64,000 nucleotides of DNA from Azolla caroliniana (Eukaryota; Plantae; Polypodiophyta). Below are positions 52,001 through 64,000 of the stretch, piece by piece. Location: positions 2,728,001 through 2,792,000 of the forward strand of contig JBHGNT010000011.1 in NCBI GenBank assembly GCA_043228905.1. The letters run 5' to 3'. The translations under genes were made by a program, and so were the position numbers. Position 1 is the first letter of the stretch, and each line of letters starts with the position of its first letter. The notes beneath the pieces are model-generated. The model did no database searches. It had not been told where the DNA came from and was given only the letters and a program-made list of their open reading frames with translations.

Positions 52001-54709
52001 GATTTGGTGGTTATCATTATGGGCAAAGGCTGGCTGATCATTTCCAGCCTCATTTTCTGCATTTGCTGGTAAGTTTACAGCAGGTGTTTGCTGCTGTAGA
52101 GCGGGCACATTTTTCTGTCTCAAAGGTATTTCTTCTCAGAATACAACCCTACGTACTTCCTCAGTCTTTTCGGGTTGTTTATGCATGCGATTTTCCCAGA
52201 AGATAAGATCATTGCTGCGTACTATTTTTCTTTTCTCGGGATCCCACAATCTATACTCCATTTCACCCTCGCCACCGTATCCTAGGAAAATACATTTGCA
52301 GGACTTTGGCTCAAGTTTGTTGCGTTCTTCTTTACGAATGTGCACAAAAGCCTCACAGCCAAACAGTCTCAAGTGAGCATATGAAGGTGGCTTGCCTGAC
52401 CACGTTTCTTGAGGTATTCCCCCTCCCAAAGACCTGTTAGGTGACCAATTAATCAAGTGAACAGCTGTCATAACAGCCTCTGCCAAAAACCATGGGGTAA
52501 CGCAGCATGAGACAGCGTAGTATGGACCCTATCTTGAATAGTCCAATTCATACGCTCTGCAACTCCATTTTGGGGTCGATTATAAGGGGCAGTGAGTTCC
52601 CTCTTTATCCCTTTGCTGTCACAAAATGCTTGAAAGGCCTTGGAGATATATTCCCCACCATTGTCAGAGCGAAGACACTTAAGCGTCTTATCAATTTGAT
52701 TCTCAACTAATGCCAAGAATGTTCGAAACTTGTCGAGTACTTCATCCTTGCTACGAATAGGGTAAACCCATACCTTCCATGTAGCATCATCGACAAAAGT
52801 GACTAAGTACTTCTTTCCCCCCTAATGATAGCCCTGGCATCTGACATACATCTGAATGTACTAACTCAAGCGGGGAAGATTTCAGCGAAAGAGACTTTTT
52901 ATGAGATGTTTGTACATGTTTACCATAAATACAATGAACACAATGCTCAAAATTAGTATAACGAAGACAAGGCAAGTAACCCAAATGAGAAAGTACTTTC
53001 ATACCAATTTCACTCATGTGTCCCAAATGGCCATGCCACAAAGAAACACTTGGCTGCTCGGTTATGGCAACAACATGGTCACTCACACTAGATACATGGA
53101 GAGGATACAAAGTATCACTTTTACCACCCTTGGCAATAACTCTAGATCCCTTACAAATCTTCCATTTTCTATCACCAAAGGTGGTGTGAAATCCATCGTC
53201 CTCTAGCTGTCTGTGCTAATCAAGCTCTTCTTGAGCTGAGGTACATGCCGTACATGCTAAAGTGTGAAAGCAGAACCATGCCAGTACCTGCAATTTCACA
53301 TGCATAGTTGTCCCCAAGATGGACAACACCATGTCGACCCCCCTGTGTAATCTGAAAACCACTCACTATGAGGGGTGACGTGAAAAGAAGCACCGGAATT
53401 GAGTATCCAAGTGTGCATGTCACCATCCGTATCTGCAAGTAAAGCATGTTCTCTGTGGCATGAAGAGACAAAGAGTACATCATTTCCACTATCACGGTCA
53501 TGAATGACTACATTCACCTCTTCAATTTTAGCATTGCTCTTCCTCGGTTGAATGTCTCTCTTCTCTTCGATGCAATCATCTGTCTTCTTGCCCTTTCCTT
53601 TCTCTTTCTTCCATTTGAAACAATCACGTTTAAAGTGATCCTTTTTGCCACAGTGATGGCATTCTACATCTTTACCACGTGATTTACTGCAATCATTACT
53701 ATCAAATTTGCCTCTCTGCTGTGACCTACCCCCTAGTATGCAACGCACTAGAGGACTTATTGGATGCATTGTTCTGGCAACTCATCTTTTCCACGACTAG
53801 AGAACTCTCTACATCGGCATAAAGAAGCATCACATTTGAATTGTTCATAGCAGTCTTGAAAGTATCCCAGCTTTTTGGCAAGGTGCAAAATAAAAACGTG
53901 GCCTTAACTCATCATCAATGATGAATTTCAAGGCAACCAACTGGCTGAAAATGGAATTGAACTCACTCAGGTGAGTTGACATAGGTGTGCCCTCTTTCAT
54001 GCGCAAATCCATAAGTTTCTTAAGCTAATAAACTTTGCTACCTGTTGGCTTTTGGGCTACAGTTCCTCTAGCCTAGTCCATATAGAATAGGCAGTGTCCA
54101 AACCTTCAATATTAAACAACAAGGCATCAGAAATTGATAACTCAATAGTCGAGCGTGCAAGCTCGTTCAACTCTTGTCAATCATCTTGGTTTATATCTGT
54201 AGGCTTTACTCCTTTGACTTTAATAGGCTTTGCATGCTTCTTCTGCAGCACGATGTTGTAGCACTGCTTTTTCCATACCACAAAATTATTTGCACCCTCA
54301 ACCATCTTGATTTGCATAAGATGGCTACTGTCAGTGCTGCCAATCATGATTTCTTAGCCCAAAAGGAGGACCAAAACTTAAGCAAAAAAAAAACTAAGCC
54401 TATAGACTCTCACACAAGTGAACTAAGGTACAAACAAGTACCAACCAATGATATATAGCCACACTGAAAACAGAAAATTTTAGATCTGCAAATAAGTTTT
54501 TAGAGGCAATATCTGTTGGTACATGCACTGTACAACAACCACGGGCAAAAAAAATAAATTGATCCACACTATCAAAGTCTACAAGATGTTTCTGCTATAC
54601 ATGGTCAAAAATGTGACTTGCTCCGCAAAAACAAAAACTTTCTCTGCAAAAAACGTGAGCTGCTTTGCAGAAAAAATGACCTGCTCTAACCTGCTCTGCT
54701 CTGATGGTT

Positions 54710-54746
<37 letters not shown>

Positions 54747-57700
54747 GTATGTACAAGTCAAAATGTGCTACGAGTGCGTTCACACCTGTGCACTAATAAA
54801 AGGCACGATGGCCCTTTATTTCCAACATAGGGCTGATCCATGTTCATTTATTTTCAATTTAATAATAGATGTTTGGACCACTCTATTCTTTTCCACTTTA
54901 ATCATGTTGAAGTGTGGAGAAATGAAGCTATTTTGAAATGGGAGGTGTACATTGTCTTTCAAGTTACCAAGTGCTGCATAACCACGAAAAAGTCTAGCAC
55001 ATGCAGCCTCATGTAGGGAGAACCAAGACCCTATGAGTGTTACTCGTAGATATGTGTAGGATTGTGTGTTGCTATCTTTACCTCTCCCAAGAAGAAGTCT
55101 GGTTCTGATTTAGTTACCCCTGCTTGAGTGGTGTTAAATGCCATGACTTTTGTTTTATCATGGTCGACCGACGAATCGTCCTCTATACAAATGACTTTAA
55201 AGTATTTATATGTCTTCGTAGGCCCTCTTGAGAGACAGAGATCAACACAATGTCATTGGCATACAATGATATTCTGCTAAGAACTCTCCTGAACCAGCCA
55301 ATCTCTCTATGTAAAACCTCTAGCGTAGGTTGATCCAGAATGGAGAGGTCTCTGAAACGAGGGAAGCACCTGTGATGGGGGGAGATAATAGCCTCTATCT
55401 GTTGATCACAAGAGTGGTGAAATTGTGGTTCATGGAGCCGGGGCCTATGTGCCCGACAAATTGCTATAGTATGATCTATTTGTAAACCCTTATTTCGGTC
55501 CTGGTTGGGAACCCATTTATGTAGCTCTTGATTGGCTTTGTAGCATTCGGAGTGATGGGGCTAAAGAAAGTTGTGATTTTTCTTTGTGGACGAGCTTGTC
55601 TGGCCATACTATTATCCTTCAACAACTTTTCCCTGTGTCTCTTGAGTTCTAGCAAGAAAAGTCATAGGAACCTTATATTCCATTACCTTGTGTAGTGGGC
55701 CAAAGCCTTGTTTAAAGACGCAATGATATCTCCCTCTTATTTCATGAAAAACAGAAAATGCAACCTTGAGTATTTTGCATCTCTTTATCAATCAATTTTC
55801 TAAGGGTATGAATGTAATAGGAACTCTCATGTCTCTGAATAATTATCATGAACATAATATCTTTTCAGGGAATTTCATGAAATATAAAATCTTGTATGCA
55901 TTATAGTTTGTGATAAATTCTTGATGTTATTGCGTTATCATTTTATAGGAGGGCTATGCCAGATGACGGTGTCGTTTGTTTGGATAATGGTGAGCAAAAA
56001 GGACCCTCAAATGTTATAGTTTGATTTCAAACAAGAAACCAAATTGGATTGTGGATGAATCGAATTTATCCTTGGACACAACTTATATAAATGATATCTG
56101 TGTATTTACAATAAAAGCTAAATGCTGGCAGTGAAATGAGAAGGCTTCTTTGGTATATGTGCATCAATAAGCCATTGTGAATATTTTGCATAGTTGTCTT
56201 CAAATGTAAAACTTGATTAAACGAGAAACATAACAGTTCTTATTAACATAATCTTTGGTTCCAAAAATCAGCTAATTCTTCTGTAATACATGCATCCATA
56301 GTATTTGATTTCTTATTGTAAGAAACATCAGCTTAGCATAATAAGCACCTTCATATACAAGTCAGACATACATGTGCATATTTAATTACATAGATTTCTG
56401 CTGTGTATTCTTTATAAGAAATAACTACATTGATATGCATTTCAAATTTTAAGAATGTAGAATCCAAATATTTTTTCCTCCATTGATACTTATGCAATTG
56501 TATTTACTAATGCAGGAATGTACAAGATCTGGTTTGCCAGGTGCTATAAGGTCAATAACATTCACGAATGCGCATATGTTATCATTTAGAGATTATAATG
56601 TATTAAAATATGAATATAAATATTACATAGGACTAAAAAAATCAGGGGGAATTATTTGATAACATATTGAAGGCAGCTCCCTGTTTTACCTTGCAGGCAT
56701 ACGAACCAAACACATTGCTTCTTGACAATGCTTTAGCAACCATGGGAGCAGGTTTACCATCTGCAATGGCAGTCTCTTTGTTATATCCTCAGAAAAAGGT
56801 GGTTGCTGTCTGTGGGGATGGTGGATTCATGATGAATTCTCAGGTAATTTTTCTGGGCTATTCTGAAGATTGTTCTATGATCCAATATGGTACATATGTC
56901 TTGATTCTCTGATTCTATGATGTTTCATTCAAAAAGAATATCCCCATAAAAGATGTTTTCCTCTAATGGATCCATCCTAAATGTCAAGATGACTATATTG
57001 ACAGAAACGTCTAATTGCTAGCAAGGTCCACATATCCTTGAAAATTTCCAGTTGAGAGTTTCTCTCGCAAAGAGGATGAATTCCTATGAATGTGACTTCT
57101 GAAATACACCTATAATCGTGTGTAAAATGTAACTCACTCAATTTTCCAGTAAATAAAATGCAGTGAACAGGCTTTGTTCAATTGTATTTTTTTTATCCTC
57201 AATCTTATTTTCATTTATGAACATATTTCTGTTTTGGGTATTCTGAAGTACTAACTTGTGTATGTATTTCATAATGGTTCTAGGAGATGGAGACGGCCGT
57301 GCGATTGAAGCTAAACCTAACAGTCATTATCCTGAATGATAACGCTTATGGAATGATAAAGTGGAAACAAAATCATGCAGGTTTTAATAAGTAAGTTTCC
57401 TGAATAACATTTCCAGTGCTTTGCCGATGCTAATTTTAAGTAAAGATGAAATAACAAACATTGATAATGCTACATACTTCTACACAGAGGGGAATGTTCA
57501 ATATATAAACATATACCATTATGTAGAAAAAGTTTTTCTGTAGAATGTTTGAGATTTTTGATGTACTTTTTTGTTACCATAATATCAGGTGCACGAATAA
57601 TATCAGATCTCTATATTTTATTTTGTGAAGTGGGATCACTAGTTCTGCTATTTTTTGTTGGTGCCAATTGTTGTCCTGATATGTACGTTGTACATTTGTT

Positions 57701-60265
57701 TGTGAAACTAGGATCTTCAATCTGCTATGATATAGTGGATGTCAAACTGCTGACAGATTTTTACTGCCCTTTTTCCCTAGGTTTCCATTATTTGAGGACA
57801 ATGTTGTTTCGTCCTCTTGCATGGCATTCCTGTATATGTGAGTCCTTGATAAGGGCCATATGGTCAAACTTAAACAATGGCAGCTACTCCAGAATTGATG
57901 ACATTTGATATAAACATAATGATTAGCCATTTATCAATTCTCTACCTTACAGGATATCTTCTTTTCTTAGGAAAGGTATACCTGAGACTTACAAATCCAA
58001 AGTCGTTAGTTTAAGTCTGACCATTGATCCAGAAGACATCAGTTCTTCACTGCCATAATATTTATTCGCTGATGAATTTATTGGCAGCAATACTTTTCTT
58101 GAGCTTAGGTATTCAGTGTTGTTATATCATCATGGCACTTGAAGCATAAATTGATAACTTGACATTTATGTTAATGATTGATTATATTTATTATGATGCT
58201 TCTAATTGGATGATGTTTGTATGCAGATTTGGGCTGGATTTGTCCAACCCTGACTTTGTTGAGTATGCCAAAAGGTATGATGTCCTCCGTGCCTACGATT
58301 TCATTATATTATGCTTGTACAACAGCGTTTTGGTTTGTGCAGTTATGGAGCACAAGGTTATCGTGTAACAAATGCAGACGATTTTCTGAAGCTTTTGCAT
58401 GAGTGCTTATTTTTATCCGCACCTGGAGTCAAGCTTATTGAAGTAATCAAATATCTTGCTAAAGAACTTGTTTAGAAATATCCGGACTAACGTTTACTTT
58501 TTTATTAAAAAATAGCAATGAACAAAGCCTCAGATGACATGAAAGAAATACATCCGTTCTTGTCTTAATAGAAAGAAAGAAAGAAAGAGTATCATCAACA
58601 AAAGCCAAGATAACCAATGAGACCAAAGCATTTTTAATGCATAAAACTGATTAACTATATTTCACCATAAATATTATAGATGGTCTATAAACAAATTAAA
58701 CGCTGAAATTTGGGTGTTATCTCATTAGAGATTCTAAGCCACAATGGTTACAACGGAACGGCATAGGTTTGCATCTCCTGTGACGGGCAATGATGGCTTT
58801 AGTTTTCTGAGATAGTGAGGTTGCAATGAGGTCCCTGTGATTGTGGCCATTTTCAGTGATAGAATCTTGTAGTTCTCTCTGGTTGACTCCTCGAGGGTGT
58901 GCTCTAATGTATGTGGATCTATGGGTGATATATATGTGCAGAGCTGTGGGTATGAAGTAGATAACAACGGTTCTTTATTTGGCTGGGTTGGCTTCTCAAG
59001 AGTTTGTCCAGTAGTGTGGATGCTCGAGCGAGACAAGTTCCTGGCGTCTGTAGTCCTGGAAAGCCCATGTTTTTCTGTAAGGGTCCAAAGTCTTCCCTAA
59101 AGAGGCAGTGCCATTGTCCTCTGATTTCATAGAATATGGGATAAAGCCATATATATGGTGCTCCTCTTTTCAAGCTCTACGGAACATACCTGGCAGAGAC
59201 AAATCTTTGGTTTCAGACTTTCATATGTACATGTCTCTATCTGCAGTTGGTGTAATGACGGGTAGGTCTGCATAGCTATTATTATGTATGCCATGTGAGA
59301 GATAGGCATCCAAGGTGATGGGCAGTCACTAAACGTATCTGATAATGTGTAGGAAATTGTTCTTGTGATTTTCCATCCTGTGCCTAAGGGATTGATGGGT
59401 TCATCGAAGTCTGTTGTGTATCCAGCTTCATAATGATCATTTTGATTACATGATTTAGCTTTGTGTGGATGGGATTAAATATATACCATCTTGCATGTCT
59501 TTGTTATATACCATCTGATTAAATTATTTTAATCGACTTATCTCCCTCATACTGGTTGAGAATCTACATCAATCCATGATTTGCTGGAAGGTTGTAAAAA
59601 TCTATAATAATCAATATAAGCTGCACAGTAATCATATGCTGAGCGCCATCTCTGATTCAAAAATACTGGATGTCAGTAAATATGATTTCTTCATTCGAGC
59701 TCTACAAGTAGTGGATGAGATACCACCTCACTAGATCCACTTGCTCGGTTGAACAATGTGTCCTTGTCTAGAGGATGTGTATTGTAACAATGTAGCCCCA
59801 GAATGCACATACTAGTCGCTTGGTTTGTATATGTTTGTATCACAATGTCACCCAAGACTGTCTTTAGGCTTGTGTATCCAATGATGGCTGTTGATTGAAA
59901 TTTTGGTATTCTTTCATGCAAGAGGAAGTGGCCTATGAGAGCATTACAATGATTCTTTTAAGGCGAATTTAACCAACTAGTGAAATCAGATAATTATGTG
60001 TCCTTTTGCACACCAATAGGTGAAATGTGGACTATGTGAAAAATCATATATGTTGAGAAAATAATTTTGTGCCCTTTGGACATCAATACAAACAAAAAGT
60101 AAAAACTAATGTCTGTATTGTTCACATATTAATATATGTTACGACACCTTTTCAAGAGAGTATGTGTATATATTCTAGGTTCCTATAGAATATGACCGAG
60201 CAAACGAGATCCTGGACAAAGAGCTTCCAGGCATCGTACAACAAAAGAAGAAAACTTCAAAAACT
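43083..60265 (+). CDS. N-terminal module (exons 1-16, 575 aa): acetolactate synthase large subunit-like ThDP enzyme of bacterial type
   Basis: KASDIFVRALENENIKYIFGIPGEENLDLLESL; TRHEQAAGFMA (catalytic Glu); STLGPGATN; PGAVHLELPEDIA; TTQMGKG; DNALATMGAGLPSA; ThDP/Mg motif GDGGFMMNSQE...LNDNAYGMIKWKQ; NPDFVEYA; VPIEY. Confidence 0.9.
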
Positions 60266-63200
60266 GTATGTTATTTCCAACAGAAAAGATGAAATTAAAC
60301 ATACCAAATTTCATTTCCAGTTATCTATTGTTAAAGAAAGCTGAAATTATGCGTTCCATTTTTTGTAGGCAATATCACCAGCTCTCTCTGCAGCAGCATT
60401 AGAGGTGAAAGTTGTTGACTTGAATGTCAAGGAAAAGAAAGAAGCTGAGAAAATTATACCTAAGCCAAAGGTAAAATTTGAAAAGCCTGAAGGTGTTCGT
60501 CCGACAATTCCAGCTTCAGTGAAAGAATCAGATATAAAGACATACCCATTCTATATAGCAAACAAGCCACTTTATCCAAATTCTGAACTTGAGGTTGTCA
60601 ACAAATATACTGGTAAAGTGTTTGCAAGGTGTGCATTAGCAGTACATAAGGATATTGACAGTGCAATAGGGGCAGCAGAAAGGGCCCTTCCTGCAGTTGC
60701 TGCCATGGCAAGCTTTGAGAGAAAAAAAGTACTTGAAAAAGTTGTCGCTGAGGTGACATCACGTGCAGAGGAGTTTGCTGTGGCTCTTTGTCTTGAAGCT
60801 GGAAAGCCCATAAGGTTTGTTCCTCATTCATATGATTATAATAAAAAATTTGATATCGTACTTCAATCTGTGATATCATAAGTCATGAATAGTGTGATTC
60901 ATGGTCAGTTGTGAGTTGTGGTATATACTTAATTGTTTAAGTCATGGCTATTTTTAGCCATCAAAGAGCAGTGCCACTAGGCAGTGCAATTGATTTTCCT
61001 AGTGAAACGAGGGGTGGCGCCAATGTCCTGTTTGGCCTTGAACTAGTCTTACAGAAATGCCTTGTTGCTCAGGGCACATACTAAGAATGAAAAGTTGTTA
61101 CAAGCAAGGAATTGTATGGAGATGTTATTGCAGAGGTTGGCGTAACTTGTTTGAAGCAAAAGTGTACCACTTGTTTCTAGGACAACAAAGTAAAAGAGAA
61201 TGCAGAAACTAGTTTACACAAATAACTCATTGTTTCTATTTATGTAACCTTTCATATTAACCTTCACCAGAAAAAAGAAGTCAACCCAAATAAGAGAATG
61301 AAAGCAAGCACAAAAGGAAGGCCAGAGTGGCCTAGGAGACCAAACAAGAGATTACATCTGAAAACGTTGACTCATTTTGGAGAATAATATAAATGAGTAA
61401 AACTACCTAAAGTACATGGTCTATCCTACAACTAGTGGCTGTATATGATGAGCATGATTCAACGAACCTTCGGTAAAAAGTTTAAATATTCACATGAGAT
61501 GACCATTGATATGCATGAATTGAAGTGCTATTTCTCTATCTATTTAGCCTCATTGGATTGTTGTGGTATAGTCCTGCTGTACTGCACTGTATTAGAAGGT
61601 GTGTGTGAAAGGTGATACTTCCCATTGTGAAATTTCTTGTGGGTTTGCAGCTTTTTTATTGTCTATAAATAGTTTCTCTCCATGCTACATCATCTATAGC
61701 AGGAATAAATCACAGGCCTAGTTGATCATCGTATTCCAGTAGAGTGGTTCAAAGTCTCATGCAAAGTGGTAGTGGTACATTCCCTTATTTTACTGTGAAT
61801 AATACACCACAAACGTGCTAATAGCACAATAGGCAAATTCAATCAGTCAGTGCCTCGTCAATATAAAAACCAAAAAGAGGAGGTGAATGACTAGCTGGTA
61901 TTTTAATCCCTTATGGTTCAGTCCTCTTGATTAAAGCATTCTGCAAATTGTTTGCATCTCCTTCTTCAGTGTTCTCATCCGAACACACCCAGGACTTTTG
62001 AAGACAGTCATGTTCAAGGTTCTTCAATTTGATCTCTTAGTGTTTTCACACAATTTGGTGCATCATTTTTTGCAGTTATTCCGTAATTGGTTCTAGTGAA
62101 TTCCTCCAAACTTCCCTACACTTTCTGCCAATTGTACATGAGACATTTTAAACAGCATCTTGTGTTGATGTTCTTTTGTTTCATAAAGTACCTGTCATCT
62201 AAAGGCTTTATAATAACATGCTTCAGAGATGCGCGTGGTGAAGTGCAAAGGCTTATAGATACATTCAAGATTGCAGCCGAGGAAAGCACTAGAATGTAAG
62301 CATTTTCTCAGGGAAATGAAAACTATATCAATGCTTGTAATTTAAATGCTTTGCTTCTAATATAATGGTGTCATGAAGCTTCGAAATTATAATAAATGTT
62401 GCACAATCAACTATGTTTCATATGTTATTGTAAAGGAGGTAGAAAGATAGAATTCATAAAGTTTTTTAATCTGCTTTAAACTAAACCTCCAATCATGTAT
62501 TTTAGATGTCTGCTCTGTTTCCTTTACAATTCACACAAAACAGTGTTGCTACATACTTTGTCGTGTCAGTTGCCCTCTCTGGATGTTATGCTATATGTAT
62601 TTTAACCTTCTCAGGCTTTGGCTTCAGCAGGAATGTCTGAAAACTAAAAACTTTAAATGATTCACAAGTTTCTGAACTTCATTAACCCAGATCTGGAGAA
62701 TATTCACAAATGGATATATCTGAACGAGCAAAAGGGTACCAAGCCCTGGTAAGTATGCTTTCAACTATTACCCTCTATTAACCCCTTTGTTATAGTATAA
62801 AATGAAAAATTTGGCACGATTACGATGTGAATGGTTGAAAATTGTTGGTTTCTGAAATTTCTCGGGTATTCCTGACTCCAATATAAAAGTGACATTTGTG
62901 GATTGCTTGAAATTTCTGTATCCAGGTTAGGAGATTCCCAATTGGACCAATCAGCATGATTAGCCCATTTAACTTTCCTCTGAACCTGGTATGTAGTTCT
63001 GAGTTCATATAATTATGATTTCTAAGACTTTAATAGAATTGGGAATTCCTGAAGAGTAGAAAGAGGTACCCCAATTTTTCTATATGAAAGTTCAAGGCAT
63101 ATTTTTTATAATCAGGCTGCACATAAGATCGCTCCTGCCTTGGCAGTTGGCTGTCCATTTGTCCTCAAGCCTGCAAGGTATGTTGAATCCTGCTGGAAGG

Positions 63201-63769
63201 ATTTCTGAGCTAATTTTAGTTTGTGAATTGATGAAGTAGAGTTATTTCTCCAGCCGAACCCCTATTGGTTCTTTACTACTGGGTGAGATATTGTCACGAT
63301 GTCGGCTACCAGAAGGAACATTTTCCATCCTTCCCTGTGCAAGAGATGGAGCTGAGCTTTTTACAGTTGATGAGCGATTCAAACTTGTCACATTCACCGG
63401 GTCACCCACTGTATGAATCTACATACATCTTTGTAATTTTGTACCTATACAAGGGAAAATAAATCTTCATGATGATCGAACATATTTCTTGCAGGTTGGG
63501 TGGGAAATAAAGAAGAAAGCCGGAAAAAAGAAAGTAGTGCTTGAATTGGGCGGAAATGCTGCATGTGTTGTTGAGGTTTTTCACATTTTTCATCATAAAT
63601 TTCTGTTTTATCAATAAATGACAAGTAATGTCACTATTGACACATTTCTTCATAATTCATTTAGGACTTTGTTCCAGACATACAAACTATCGTCTCGAGA
63701 ATTATTCACGGTGCATTCTATCAGAGTGGACAATCTTGTATCAGTGTACAGCGTGTATATATTCGTGAT
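43083..63769 (+). CDS. Fusion protein: bacterial-type ThDP-dependent acetolactate-synthase-like enzyme (candidate 2-oxoglutarate decarboxylase) + ALDH21-type aldehyde dehydrogenase (candidate NADP+ succinic semialdehyde dehydrogenase); 3' end beyond the window
   Basis: Exons 43083-43192, 44965-45190, 46206-46298, 46602-46876, 48555-48625, 49033-49162, 49242-49314, 49404-49496, 49888-49976, 55949-55989, 56516-56550, 56697-56843, 57284-57390, 58227-58274, 58343-58442, 60179-60265, 60369-60814, 62227-62295, 62691-62748, 62926-62988, 63116-63177, 63254-63410, 63495-63575, 63665-63769. All introns are GT-AG with matching phases, giving 2766 nt = 922 codons without a stop. Confidence 0.88.
46932..47150. 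mobile_element. Degenerate fold-back MITE in intron 4
   Basis: ~80-bp imperfect inverted arms (…TTTATTTCTACAAGTGCCCCTGAATTTTCGTTATT… versus …AATAACGAAAAGTCAGGGATATTTGTAGAAATAAA…). Confidence 0.6.
50830..51349 (-). mobile_element. LINE 3'-end fragment in intron 9
   Basis: KLRTSSHQLQIETDRY, a non-LTR RT C-terminal motif; a related copy lies at ~55250-55780. Confidence 0.55.
51350..54345 (-). mobile_element. Truncated Copia gag-pol remnant, antisense in intron 9 of the fusion gene
   Basis: CHHCGKKDHFKRDC knuckle, WILNSGASFHVT protease, LRSDNGGEY/QNGVAER integrase, and YKARLVAKGY...QMDVKTAFLHGDL RT truncated at ~51350. Frameshifted; no LTRs recognised. Confidence 0.9.
58730..59340 (-). mobile_element. 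LINE 3'-end fragment in intron 15
   Basis: LHQLQIETCTY...ICLCQVCSVE (ORF 59127-59309), the same motif family as 51250-51290. Confidence 0.5.
60369..63769 (+). CDS. ALDH21: C-terminal module (exons 17-24+): linker plus ALDH family 21-like aldehyde dehydrogenase
   Basis: YPFYIAN...[76 protein letters not shown] (catalytic Glu); FYQSGQSCISVQR (catalytic Cys). Confidence 0.85.
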
Positions 63770-64000
63770 GTATGTATCTCATAGTCTCAACTGTTTGATA
63801 ATTTAGAAGACATAAGTAAATGTAATGCTATTTAAAGAATAAATGATAATTAACACCTAAAAAGTATTTTTAAGGATTGATACCTTAGAATTATTCTGTC
63901 CTAGCGCACCAGTTACTCTACCCGAAACCCAAAACTATTTAAAGCAATAGTAAGGGAAAATAGTGAAGGCAATGCAATGCCTCAAAAGAATGTGTTAATG

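Noticed and set aside
43083-60265. Ordinary plant acetohydroxyacid synthase (ALS/CSR1) or pyruvate decarboxylase
   Set aside because: No transit peptide, and the motifs differ from plant AHAS (YPGGAS, GQHQMW) and PDC (VPGDFNL, GDGSFQ).
60293-60410. ALS-like and ALDH as two separate adjacent genes
   Set aside because: There are under 80 nt between the read-through stop and the ALDH-side exon and no in-frame ATG ahead of the ALDH core (the ORF track start is GTG). A canonical in-phase intron joins them. The alternative acceptors at 60393 and 60396 are out of frame.

Overview
Eukaryotic plant genomic DNA, probably a bryophyte or seed-free vascular plant (inferred from an ALDH21-type domain and a Tcn1-like chromovirus; the species cannot be determined). 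From left to right: the last three exons of an EEF1AKMT1/N6AMT2-type methyltransferase gene (+) and an ELF4-like clock gene (-). A ~34.5 kb nested transposon island follows (7.0-41.5 kb). It holds three related Mutator-like TIR elements (one with an intact 974-aa transposase and a disabled Zn-finger/ULP1 gene), several Gypsy LTR elements with 4-bp CpG-centred target duplications, a decayed full-length Copia and a chromovirus remnant. From 43083 to the window end lies one intron-rich gene (24 coding exons, 922 codons traced by hand, continuing past the window). It splices a bacterial-type 'acetolactate synthase-like' ThDP enzyme in frame to an ALDH21-type aldehyde dehydrogenase, behind a cluster of ABRE/G-box motifs. 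The main hypothesis is a single-chain 2-oxoglutarate decarboxylase + NADP+ succinic-semialdehyde dehydrogenase, i.e. the cyanobacterial-type TCA bypass packaged as one probably cytosolic plant protein. The fusion is read from the sequence; the enzymatic activity is inference.
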